Below are positions 47,925 to 57,162 of a DNA stretch of 64,000 nt, piece by piece. Numbering within the stretch: position 1 is the stretch's first letter; each line of letters begins with the position of its first letter. The position numbers and the translations under genes are program-made. The notes below the pieces were generated by a model. That model saw only the letters and a list, made by a program, of their open reading frames with translations. It was not told the DNA's origin and did no database searches. The stretch is from Gammaproteobacteria bacterium (GTDB lineage: Bacteria; Pseudomonadota; Gammaproteobacteria; Eutrophobiales; Eutrophobiaceae): assembly GCA_040905045.1 (NCBI GenBank), contig JBBDSH010000091.1, positions 1,995 to 65,994 on the forward strand, in the 5' to 3' direction.

Positions 47925-50900
47925 TCAAACTTTTTCATCATTACCCCATTCCCGCCAGCCCTGCAACAGGGGAAAATATAATCCCAGCTTTACGGGACGA
48001 TTGTCCATGTTCCGGACAACAGCCGCGTATCGTTCCAGTTGCTCGCGGTAGCGTTCCCGTTCGCGATCCAGAAAGGCATCGACGTTGCCGCCCTTATGCC
48101 GGGAAGTCTTGTAGTCGACAATCCAGCGTACGCCTTCCTCGTCAATAAAGGTTCTGTCGAGCACCACGTTGATCAGCTTGCCCGCGTACACACCGCTGAC
48201 GGCGTATTCATTCCGCGCATCCCCATGACGGTGATCCAGCAGCCAGTGAGCACGCCGGTCGCGGATCAGATTAACCAGAGCATCCTCCACGGTGGCCAGG
48301 GCCTCGTTCATGTCTTCTCCCGCATCCGGTATACCCAGCCGTTTCAATGACAGGCGGTAATAATCCCGCCCGGATCGGATCCTGTCCTCATTCCATTGCT
48401 CAATACCCTCATCCGCGATCCGTTGAATGCAGCGGTGAACCACGGTGCCGATATGCTTGATGGCCTCGCCGGCCCATTCATATTCAATATCCACCGTATC
48501 CTCATGCACGACTTCATCCACGTCCCGGGGATGCCAGTCAACAGCGTCCGGTGCCTGCGGCAATGACCAGCCGGCGATCAGACGCCGCAGCGTGCGCGGC
48601 TGTGGACCGGATCCTTGCGGCCGTCCCGGCAGAGCCGGCGCGCCGTTCCGTAACACGGCATCACGGCATTGCGCCTCAGCCACCGGCCATAACTGCGCCA
48701 GCAGGCTGTCCGCCCGCGGCGGAACCGGTGAGAGTTCACCGTCACGTTCCCGGCTTTTCACCGAGGCGATCAGGTGCAGCTTCTTTTTCGCCCGGGTCGC
48801 GGCGACGTAAAGCAGGCGGCCGTCTTCAAAGGACTGTTTTTCACGATCCAGCCTGCGCAGGAACTGATAGACGGGTGACTCGTCGGCACCCGCTTCCTTG
48901 ACCGGCGCCAGCAGCAGATCCTGATGATCGCGATGCGGGCTTTCCGACCACAACAGCAGCCGGGTATCGTCATTGCGGCTGCCGCGGGACAGGCCGGGCA
49001 GGATGACCGTGTCGAATTCCAGACCCTTGGCCTTGTGAATGGTCATGATCTGCAAATGGTCGTCGGCATGGATATCCGCCGCGGCGTACAGGCTGCTCAC
49101 CTGCTCCATGAAACCGTCCCGGTCCTTGAGATCCCCGCCGTCGTCGAATTGCTCCAGCAGATCGAAAAAGCTGCGCGCATTTTCCAGATCGGTCTCGCTG
49201 TTCAGCGTGGCCGGCCCGCCGATCCGCAGCCATACCGATTCCACCCAGCGGCTTAACGAAAGACGCTGCCTGTCCCGCAGGGCCGCCTGCAGTACCGGCC
49301 GCAAGCGCAGCAAACGACCGCGCCCCGCTTCGGACAGGGCCTGTACGCATGCCTCGTCCAGGATGCATTCCCACACAGTACGCTCACGTGAGCCGCCGGC
49401 GAGCGCCAGCAAATCCGCCAGGTCGAGTCCGCACCAGGGCGCGCGCAGAACGGCCAGCCAGGCTATGCCATCGGCAAAATGGTGCAATGCCCGTGTCAGT
49501 GCCATCAGATCCTGGATGGCGGGCTGTTCGCCCAGGGGATCGATATCCACGGCCCGGTAACGCAGGCCGGCCTGCTTGAGCCGCGGGACGATATCCAGTA
49601 AATGTGTGCGACCGCGCACCAGGATGGCAACGCGCCCTTCCGGGTCCGCCTCGCGGGCTGCCAGCACCTGCTGTAAAACGATATCCGCCTCGCTCTGACT
49701 GTCATCCACAAGCGTGTGCAATCGCACCGCGTCACCGTCCAGATGATTGTGATACGCCTCGGCCGGGGTATAGTGCACCGCGCCGCGGCCGGGATCCGCG
49801 GTCTGCGGCAATACCTGTGTAAAAACCTCGTTCACCCATTGCACCAGTCCCGACTGGGAACGGAAATTGACCCGGATATGCAGCGGCGTCACCGGTACCT
49901 GTCCCAAACGCCGTTCCTCCCAGGCATTGAGAAACAGCCCCACCTCCGCTTCGCGGAACCGGTAGATGGACTGCATGGGATCGCCCACCAGAAACAGGCT
50001 GTGGCCGTCTTCCATGGACCAGCCGGCGGTGAGTCGTTGCAGTAATGTAAACTGGTTAATGGAGATATCCTGGAATTCATCCACCAGGATATGACGGATC
50101 CGGTAATCCAGGTTCAGTGCCAGATCCGTAGGTGCCTCCTCGTCCCCCAGTGCCTGAATGGCCGCCTGGGTGATGCCGCTGAAATCGATGCGGTTCTGCT
50201 CCGAGCACAACAGCCACAGCCGAGCATCGGCCAGTTTCAGCAATTCACACAAAGCCTGCACCACCTGCCATTCCTCGTCGGTATAGGCGACCGGCGGCAG
50301 ATGCCGGATCGCCAGCAACTGCCGGCTCAGGGAGTCGTCTTCCGACAGCCGGGCGATCAGGGCCTTGAAGCGATCCTTCATGGCCGTGCGCTGTTCCGCC
50401 TCGCCGGTTTTCCCGGCGGCGGGGAATCCGTCGCGGGCGGTGGGCGACTGCCGCCAGTTGCCGTCGCTCTTCAACAATAATGCCACCAGCCCCTGCCATT
50501 GCGGCAGGGATCCGGCCGCCGCCGAAGGGAGTTCCGTCAATCCGGCACAGGCGCGGGCGGGGGACTCCCTCTCCTCTCTCTCCAGGTTGGCCGCGGCGAA
50601 ATCCAGCAGTTCGGCGACTTCCCGGCCGTCCCCGTCCGGGAAATCGCGCCGGGCCGCGCTCAAGGTTTCCTCCGCCACATGCCGCAACGCCCCTTCCAGC
50701 TCCTCGCGGCGTATTTCGCCGGCCACATGCCGCAGCCATTGATCGCGGCGGGCCAGCATACCCGCGAGCATATTACGGATACGCGGCAGATCGTTATCCA
50801 GGTGCGCCAGCAGCACGGCAATGGCATCGGACCAGCCCTGGCCGCTTTCCAGTTCCGCCAGGGTGTCCGCGGCGGCCTGTTCATAGAGTTCCGTGGCATC

Positions 50901-51341
50901 CTCGACGATCTCGGGCTGGGCGCCAAAACGGGACAACACTGGCATCTGCCGGGTCAATGCCCCGCACAGGGAATCGATGGTCTGAATGCGCAGCCGCCCG
51001 GGATTGTCTTCCAGTTGCCAACCCTGCTCCCGGTTTCGTGTCATGGCCGCGTTGGCCAGAACGTCGGTCTTGCGTGCCGCTTCATCGTCGGGCGTGTTGC
51101 CGTCAACGACGCGTTCCAGGGCGTCGATAATACGCCCGCGCATTTCCGCCGCCGCCTTGCGGGTAAAGGTAATGGCAACGATCTCCTCCGGAGCCTCGAC
51201 CACCGACAACAGGCGCAGATAGCGCTGGATCAACAATTCCGTTTTTCCGGAACCGGCCGGCGCCTGGACGATGAATGATTCATCCGGCTCGATGGCGCGC
51301 AGGCGCTGATCCAGATCGGCGACGTGTTGTTCAGTCGTCAT
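47925..51341 (-). CDS. addA: UvrD/Rep-type helicase with a C-terminal PD-(D/E)XK nuclease domain (AddA-like)
   Basis: From ATG 51341 (MTTEQHVADLDQRL...). It has Walker A APAGSGKTE, helicase motifs (VDEFQD, TIHKAKGLEFD, YVAATRAKK) and a C-terminal nuclease motif (IVDYKT). It overlaps the addB stop by 11 nt. Confidence 0.85.
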   Translation of the reverse strand: MTTEQHVADLDQRLRAIEPDESFIVQAPAGSGKTELLIQRYLRLLSVVEAPEEIVAITFTRKAAAEMRGRIIDALERVVDGNTPDDEAARKTDVLANAAMTRNREQGWQLEDNPGRLRIQTIDSLCGALTRQMPVLSRFGAQPEIVEDATELYEQAAADTLAELESGQGWSDAIAVLLAHLDNDLPRIRNMLAGMLARRDQWLRHVAGEIRREELEGALRHVAEETLSAARRDFPDGDGREVAELLDFAAANLEREERESPARACAGLTELPSAAAGSLPQWQGLVALLLKSDGNWRQSPTARDGFPAAGKTGEAEQRTAMKDRFKALIARLSEDDSLSRQLLAIRHLPPVAYTDEEWQVVQALCELLKLADARLWLLCSEQNRIDFSGITQAAIQALGDEEAPTDLALNLDYRIRHILVDEFQDISINQFTLLQRLTAGWSMEDGHSLFLVGDPMQSIYRFREAEVGLFLNAWEERRLGQVPVTPLHIRVNFRSQSGLVQWVNEVFTQVLPQTADPGRGAVHYTPAEAYHNHLDGDAVRLHTLVDDSQSEADIVLQQVLAAREADPEGRVAILVRGRTHLLDIVPRLKQAGLRYRAVDIDPLGEQPAIQDLMALTRALHHFADGIAWLAVLRAPWCGLDLADLLALAGGSRERTVWECILDEACVQALSEAGRGRLLRLRPVLQAALRDRQRLSLSRWVESVWLRIGGPATLNSETDLENARSFFDLLEQFDDGGDLKDRDGFMEQVSSLYAAADIHADDHLQIMTIHKAKGLEFDTVILPGLSRGSRNDDTRLLLWSESPHRDHQDLLLAPVKEAGADESPVYQFLRRLDREKQSFEDGRLLYVAATRAKKKLHLIASVKSRERDGELSPVPPRADSLLAQLWPVAEAQCRDAVLRNGAPALPGRPQGSGPQPRTLRRLIAGWSLPQAPDAVDWHPRDVDEVVHEDTVDIEYEWAGEAIKHIGTVVHRCIQRIADEGIEQWNEDRIRSGRDYYRLSLKRLGIPDAGEDMNEALATVEDALVNLIRDRRAHWLLDHRHGDARNEYAVSGVYAGKLINVVLDRTFIDEEGVRWIVDYKTSRHKGGNVDAFLDRERERYREQLERYAAVVRNMDNRPVKLGLYFPLLQGWREWGNDEKV

Positions 51342-54015
51342 CGTCAGCGTCCCGTGGCGGCAGTTCATGAATACGGCACAAGGGGTGTTGATCGCAATAC
51401 CGGCAGGCGCGGGCGTCTTTGGGATCAACGCGGGCGTCACCGTCAAGGAAACCCCGCGCCAGTCCGGCCACAACACCACGCCAACTGGCCAGTAAATCAC
51501 TCCATTCCGGAACGGGATGAGCGTCACTGATCAGGTATTTCGCCTGATTCGAGGCGGAGAAGGCTTTCGTTGCAGGCAGGATACCGTCCTCGCTGGCCAG
51601 ACCCTGATAACCGAACCCCCGGCCGCGTTTCAGACGGCCGAAGGCAACGGCCGCCACTTCCGCATCCCGGGTCACGGCATACAGCGGCAGTTGCGGATCA
51701 TCGGGCCGTTCGCCCAGCCATTCGTTCACCCCGGCCTCGCCGGTTTTGTAATCAATAATGACTTCACGGCCGTCCGCCAGTCGATCGATGCGATCAATAC
51801 GCGTGTTCACTTCGACGCCTTCAACGCGGATACGTTGCGCTTCCTCGCCGGCAACAACGATAAACGGCGCGCGCTGCCTTTCCTGTTGCAGCCATTGCCG
51901 CAGCGTATGTATCAAACGCGCTTTCTCCAGGCCGGTGAAGCGTTCCGTCCACAGGCGCGGGTGCCGTTTTTTCAGCAACTGGATGACCTCGTCGGTCACC
52001 GACGCCAGCAAGCGCTCCAGTTCCCCGGGGTCCATAGCGCACAACTGTTCCTGTGAGTGCAGCCGTTGCCAGAGAAGATGCAGGGCACGATGAAGGAGCA
52101 GGCCCCGATCCCGCGGGCTGAGGCCGATATCTACCTCTTCCGGCGCGCCGGCGTGCAGGCGGTGGCGGGCAAAGGCCCGGAACGGACAGACGGACTGATC
52201 CCGGAACAGGGCCGTGCCGCCGATGGCACCGCCGGCGGCCGGGGGCGGCGCCCGTTCATCGCTGAAGGTTTCCAGCTTGCCGGCGGCCAGTATTCGCGCC
52301 GCGTAATGCGGTACTGTCACCGACAGCGGTTCCGCGCTGCTTTCCATATAGGGTTTCAATAACGGGCTCGGGCGCAGGGTGCGCTCCTTTTCATTTTCCG
52401 GGTAACTGAGCACAACCTGTTGCGCGGAGCACGCCAGCCGCGACAGGGTTTGCCGCGCCTCTTCCAGCGTCACTTCCGCCGTCGCGCCGGGCATGGCGCT
52501 GCGCCGCTGCAGGGAAAACGGGATGTACGGATTGGGCCGGGCCGGTGGCGGCCAGGTCTCTTCCTGCAGCCCCGCAACCCAGAGGTGATCGAAGCCCATG
52601 TCCGCGGCCCCGGCCGGGCCCAGTATCTGGACGGGCACCTCGCCCGTTTCCGGCTGAAAATGCTGTGCCGTCGCGATGCGGCGCAGATAGCCGAGGGCGC
52701 TGCTGTAGGTCAGCCGGCCGTCCAGCAGTTGCAGGGAAACGAACCGATCCAGAACCTCACGCCAGGCCTTGAGGACCTGGTATTCACCGCTGTCGGGCAC
52801 ACGATCGCCGGGCCAGCCGTACAGGGTCAGCAAATGTGAAATGTATCCGGCCCAATCGCCGGGCCTGGCCTGATGCGGCAGTGTCTGCAGATGGTCACGG
52901 GCATTCTGCAATTGTTTCATCAGCAGGCCGGGGCGGCGGGGTTCCTCCAGCCGCCGGCCGGCGATATGAAGCAATGTGGCGATATCCGCCCGGGTTTCCC
53001 CATGATCCCGCAGGCAGACGTCCAGCCGCGCCCGATCCAGTTCCTCTTCCCCGGCGCCGTACAGCCACGGACTCCTGAGTATTGCCCCCCACTGCTCTAC
53101 AGATAATGGTTCCCGGCCCAGTGCCAGCAGGCTGAAGGCCGTGTTAACAAGGGGATAATCCGGTAACGGTTTGCCCAGGGACAGACTGAAGGCTTGCGCA
53201 TCCTCCGGGACCGCGTCGGCGATGGCGCCCGGATTGAAGCAGTCTTGAAACCGGCGGAGGATATGGCTGCGCCGGTTCTGCAGATCCGGGATGACGATAC
53301 CGATCCCGGCACTCGTGTCCGCTTCCAGTATTTCGCGCGCCCAGCCCGCCGCGGTGTTGATCTCCTCACCAGTATTGGCGCAGGCCGCCACGCGGATACG
53401 AGTGCCGGTCACGACCCGGTCCCGGCCCGCGATGTGGATCGCTCCCCCCTCCGCCTCAATTCGGTCAAACAGGTATTGTTGCCGGGGCGTGATCCGATCA
53501 AATCCGATCAGTGCAAGCCGGTTCGTACCCCTGATGTATTCCGCGAGCAGGTCAAGCAGGGAACCGCTGTCGCACCAGTGATTATCGGAACAGGTCCTTT
53601 TGAAACTGTCGGCCCAGTTCCTGAAAGCCCGGGCATCTTCATTGAGTCCCGTCTCCGCCGGAAAAACCGGCAGGCGATACTGATGCATGAGGTCCCAGGC
53701 TTCCATAACCCGCTTGACCATATCGGGGGCCTGCATCAGCGCGTTCGCCCGGGATGATTCATTAATAATCCGTTGCCACAATACCTGCTCCTGCGAGTCG
53801 TTCAGCAACAGCAGCCCGGCTTGCTCCTGTACATGGTTGTCCCAGCAGCGCTGCAGCCAGGCCTGCCAATGCAGTATATCCGGAGACGACCAGGCCGTTT
53901 TGCCCTGCCGGATTTGCCAATGGGCATAATCGTATTGCAAACGCCGGGCCAGACGGCGGTTGGCGGCAACCAGTGTGTATTCCGCATCCAGCAATTCCAG
54001 GTGTTTCTTATTCAT
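51331..54015 (-). CDS. addB: AddB-like PD-(D/E)XK nuclease / inactivated helicase subunit
   Basis: 894 aa. It has a C-terminal nuclease motif (IIDYKTG) and a terminal Cys cluster (ACRYCDQHPLC) typical of the AddB iron-sulfur staple. Confidence 0.75.
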   Translation of the reverse strand: MNKKHLELLDAEYTLVAANRRLARRLQYDYAHWQIRQGKTAWSSPDILHWQAWLQRCWDNHVQEQAGLLLLNDSQEQVLWQRIINESSRANALMQAPDMVKRVMEAWDLMHQYRLPVFPAETGLNEDARAFRNWADSFKRTCSDNHWCDSGSLLDLLAEYIRGTNRLALIGFDRITPRQQYLFDRIEAEGGAIHIAGRDRVVTGTRIRVAACANTGEEINTAAGWAREILEADTSAGIGIVIPDLQNRRSHILRRFQDCFNPGAIADAVPEDAQAFSLSLGKPLPDYPLVNTAFSLLALGREPLSVEQWGAILRSPWLYGAGEEELDRARLDVCLRDHGETRADIATLLHIAGRRLEEPRRPGLLMKQLQNARDHLQTLPHQARPGDWAGYISHLLTLYGWPGDRVPDSGEYQVLKAWREVLDRFVSLQLLDGRLTYSSALGYLRRIATAQHFQPETGEVPVQILGPAGAADMGFDHLWVAGLQEETWPPPARPNPYIPFSLQRRSAMPGATAEVTLEEARQTLSRLACSAQQVVLSYPENEKERTLRPSPLLKPYMESSAEPLSVTVPHYAARILAAGKLETFSDERAPPPAAGGAIGGTALFRDQSVCPFRAFARHRLHAGAPEEVDIGLSPRDRGLLLHRALHLLWQRLHSQEQLCAMDPGELERLLASVTDEVIQLLKKRHPRLWTERFTGLEKARLIHTLRQWLQQERQRAPFIVVAGEEAQRIRVEGVEVNTRIDRIDRLADGREVIIDYKTGEAGVNEWLGERPDDPQLPLYAVTRDAEVAAVAFGRLKRGRGFGYQGLASEDGILPATKAFSASNQAKYLISDAHPVPEWSDLLASWRGVVAGLARGFLDGDARVDPKDARACRYCDQHPLCRIHELPPRDADDDD

Positions 54016-54141
54016 GACAGAAATCCGTTAGATGCATGGCATTGGTCGCATGATTTGGTCAAGTCTCGTAACATCGGTGCAATGACAAATACAAACGGGC
54101 GGTGTTAGGCTGTGTTTCAGGATAGTAAAGAATAAACCATC

Positions 54142-55143
54142 ATGACGCGAAACGCTGTCTCCCCTGCACGGGCCATCAGAAGTCCGTGTTATCAGGTTCC
54201 GCCGGCAAGGCAAGTGCCCGGCCTGTTCGAGGATGTTCGTAATGGACTGTTGTCCCGGCCGCGCAGCCTGCCGCCGAAGTATTTTTATGATGATAGGGGT
54301 TCGGAATTGTTCGAGCGGATCTGCAGTACTCAAGAGTACTATCCAACCCGTACCGAAGACGCCCTGTTGGCCGAGCACAGTAAACATATCATAGCCGCCA
54401 CACGGCCGGATGAAATCATCGAACTCGGCAGCGGCAGTTCAAGAAAGACACGCCGGCTTTTTGATGCCTGTGAGGCGCTCGACCACGCCTGTAATTACAG
54501 TCCCTTCGACGTCTGCGAGCCCGCGCTGGAACAGGCCACCGATGAGCTAAGCAAAACCTATCCCTGGCTGGAAATCACCCCCCTGGCCGGGGATTACCAC
54601 GCGGGCCTGGGCAACTTTCCCGCCGGCACCGGCACCAGTCTCTATATTTTCCTCGGCAGCACTCTGGGCAATTTCACGCGCGAACAGGCAAAAGACTTTA
54701 TTCGGGAAGTCCATGACTGCATGAAGCCGGGCGATTATTTCCTGCTCGGCGCGGATCGACTGAAAGATCCGAGGGTACTGAAAGCCGCCTACAACGACAG
54801 TCAAGGCATTACCGCACAATTCAACCTCAATGTTCTGAGGGTGCTCAATCGGGAACTGAATGCCGATTTTGAACCGGCCAGTTTTGAACACAAGGCCGTC
54901 TTCAACGAGCGGGAATCCCGTATTGAAATGCATCTGCAATCCGGCCATGAACAGACCGTGCATTTACACAGTCTGGGAAAGACCATTCATCTTCAAAAGA
55001 ATGAATGCATATTGACCGAATACAGCCACAAATTCCGCTATCAGGAATTGCAGGATTTGTTAACGGATAACGGTCTGGAAATCATGCGTCATGACCAGCC
55101 ACGGAATGAATACTTCTCCCTGATCCTTTCGCGCCGACCCTGA
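54142..55143 (+). CDS. egtD: EgtD-family histidine N-alpha-methyltransferase-like protein
   Basis: 333 aa. LPPKYFYDDRGSELFERI, EYYPTRTE, ELGSGSSRKT and FLGSTLGNF are the EgtD/DUF2260 signature blocks. Confidence 0.75.
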   Translation: MTRNAVSPARAIRSPCYQVPPARQVPGLFEDVRNGLLSRPRSLPPKYFYDDRGSELFERICSTQEYYPTRTEDALLAEHSKHIIAATRPDEIIELGSGSSRKTRRLFDACEALDHACNYSPFDVCEPALEQATDELSKTYPWLEITPLAGDYHAGLGNFPAGTGTSLYIFLGSTLGNFTREQAKDFIREVHDCMKPGDYFLLGADRLKDPRVLKAAYNDSQGITAQFNLNVLRVLNRELNADFEPASFEHKAVFNERESRIEMHLQSGHEQTVHLHSLGKTIHLQKNECILTEYSHKFRYQELQDLLTDNGLEIMRHDQPRNEYFSLILSRRP

Positions 55144-55249
55144 AGCCTGTTGCATAAGGGCACGCGAAGTAGAACGTAATCGGTTTGATTCATTCGTGGT
55201 ATTCCAAAGACCTATTGCTGAGAATGCAGAAGGTCAAAAGTTCATCATT

Positions 55250-55338
55250 CCTTTGCGTACTTGGCGATCTTGGCGAGATCATTCAGCATGCAGCCCGAGG
55301 ATGGGAAAGAGAATGGATCTCGCAAAGATCGCAAAGAG
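55250..55338. repeat. 9-mer-array hairpin element, copy A4
   Basis: TCCTTTGCG-TACTTGGCG-ATCTTGGCG-AGATC (55250-55280), a loop, then GGATCT-CGCAAAGAT-CGCAAAGAG (55315-55338). Confidence 0.75.
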
Positions 55339-55378
55339 GTAATGATTCATTATTCCCTGGTGGAATCTGGAATACCTT

Positions 55379-56062
55379 TTAATCATTACGTGGTAATTCC
55401 TCCGCCAGAGACGGGGTATCGATAAAACGATTACGCCGGCCCTGTAGTTCTTCAATACGGTTGTTGCGGTATTGTTCCTGTTTACTGGGAGGGTCGGTCC
55501 GGTTCCATTGCCTGAGGGTTTCCAGCATGCCCGGTTTTATCGGCAAATCGTAGGTGTCATGCATGTAAAAAATCGCCCTGGCGATATTTCCGCGGGCGAT
55601 CGCGCGCGGCTCGACAACCCTTGAATCCCACTCAAAATCACAATCACTGAAACGCCAGTCTTCTCCTTCGATTTCACCAAACGGCAAATCATTGCGGAGT
55701 ATAACCAGTTCACTCCACACCGGATACATATTATGCAGGTCGGACTCCATTTCCATAAAACCCTGATTGCTGCCGTCATAACATGCCAGGCGGTTGGCAC
55801 ACTCCACGTTTTCCAGCATCCAGCTAACGGAATAGATATGGTCGACATCAATGTATTTCCCGTTCTTCGTTTTACGGTCCCTGCCAAACTGATAACCGCA
55901 ATAGAGTGTCCAGCCGCCCTGTGAATAAAGATCACCCCGGAAATAGTTATTCACGACATGATCGTAGTTCCGGATGGATGATTCTCCATACACACCACGC
56001 CCCTGGAACAGGACAAGGACAAGAAGGAATGTGAGTGAAAAGCCGTTTTTGTAATTTATCAT
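55379..56062 (-). CDS. endA: secreted endonuclease I (EndA/Vvn family)
   Basis: 227 aa. It has a signal peptide plus LYCGYQF, DVDHIYSVSW, SDLHNMYP and RGNIARAIFYM. Confidence 0.85.
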   Translation of the reverse strand: MINYKNGFSLTFLLVLVLFQGRGVYGESSIRNYDHVVNNYFRGDLYSQGGWTLYCGYQFGRDRKTKNGKYIDVDHIYSVSWMLENVECANRLACYDGSNQGFMEMESDLHNMYPVWSELVILRNDLPFGEIEGEDWRFSDCDFEWDSRVVEPRAIARGNIARAIFYMHDTYDLPIKPGMLETLRQWNRTDPPSKQEQYRNNRIEELQGRRNRFIDTPSLAEELPRND

Positions 56063-56170
56063 TGTCTGATTGACTCACATTATTCATTGATAATTGATTT
56101 TTTTGTTCGCACCCATGCTTCCCGGAAGAAGTCTGGAACTTGCAGGCGTATGCCATTGTAAGGCTGCCGG

Positions 56171-57142
56171 TCAGCGGAGCACGCCGCGCCTTAGCAACTG
56201 CCAGAGTATACTGGATCCGAAGAGAATCGGATGTCGCCGCAGGCGCGGTGTGATTTCGATGGTAACGCCTGTATGCCGCTTTATCTTCCAGGCCGCGTAT
56301 TCGATACAATGGTTGAACGTGAATACAGCCTTGACCAGCCTGGCCACGGATAAAATACGACCCTGCTGCCGGCGCAACCACCATTTCCTTCCGCATCGGC
56401 GTTGCTCACGTTTATCAACCATGCAACGGAAATCGCCTTCCGGCTCAGCCTGTAATCGACCCTCCATGGCGGGGACGGCCGCGCCGGTAAGTCGACTGTA
56501 ATCGCCAAGGTTCAAATGCGTCAGTTTTCTTTCCCTGCCCCGCTTTTCAGGCCGCAGTTCCGCCGCATAGGTCAAGGCAAGCCCGCGGGTCCAGATTTCC
56601 TCCGCATTAACATTGCGGCTACCCAGCATCGGAATGGTCGTTTGCAGAAATGTTATCACTGCTTCAGCCAGAGACCGGTTCACCCGGTGCAGGGTTACCT
56701 CGTCGCGCGTATAAAGAGTCCGCACCGGCTGGGCAAAACGCGCCCAGATATAGGAGTGAAACCAGTCCCGGCATCCCCGCTCAAAATCATGCCGGGAGAG
56801 AACCGCGTATTTGCATCGCAGCACGGCTTCTTCGCCGCCGACTTCCATGTAGAAAACGTTCGGAGGCAGCCAGGCGTTCAATATCCGCAAGTGCCGTTTC
56901 CCGTAGGCATTACGGTAGTCGTCCACGATGGCATACAAGTCCACCACGCCTTCGGAAGGATTGTGCGTATGCAGGCAGGAACCGTAGAGAATCACCGCAT
57001 CCAGCGCCTCACCAAAACGCGATTGCAGTTCCCGCGCAAGCAGGGTGAATTCCGGCGCCACAACACGGGAACTCTGCGATGCCACTTCCGCAAGCAGTTG
57101 CAACGGCAAGTCCGGAGTGGATTGTTTTGATGACTTCTGCAT
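56171..57142 (-). CDS. Tam41/Mmp37-like nucleotidyltransferase-fold protein (tentative)
   Basis: 323 aa. AVILYGSC, VVDLYAIVDD, KYAVLSRHDF..W..YIWARFAQPV and ALTYAAELRPEKRG follow the order I associate with Tam41-type CDP-DAG synthases. The C-terminus is strongly basic. Confidence 0.4.
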   Translation of the reverse strand: MQKSSKQSTPDLPLQLLAEVASQSSRVVAPEFTLLARELQSRFGEALDAVILYGSCLHTHNPSEGVVDLYAIVDDYRNAYGKRHLRILNAWLPPNVFYMEVGGEEAVLRCKYAVLSRHDFERGCRDWFHSYIWARFAQPVRTLYTRDEVTLHRVNRSLAEAVITFLQTTIPMLGSRNVNAEEIWTRGLALTYAAELRPEKRGRERKLTHLNLGDYSRLTGAAVPAMEGRLQAEPEGDFRCMVDKREQRRCGRKWWLRRQQGRILSVARLVKAVFTFNHCIEYAAWKIKRHTGVTIEITPRLRRHPILFGSSILWQLLRRGVLR

Positions 57143-57162
57143 GGGTGGAGTGTAGCGTTCCG

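Noticed and set aside
54016-54141. A possible LexA (SOS) box in the addB/egtD divergent region (CTGTGTTTCAGGATAG).
   Set aside because: Only the CTGT half matches the CTGT-N8-ACAG consensus. The second half-site is ATAG.
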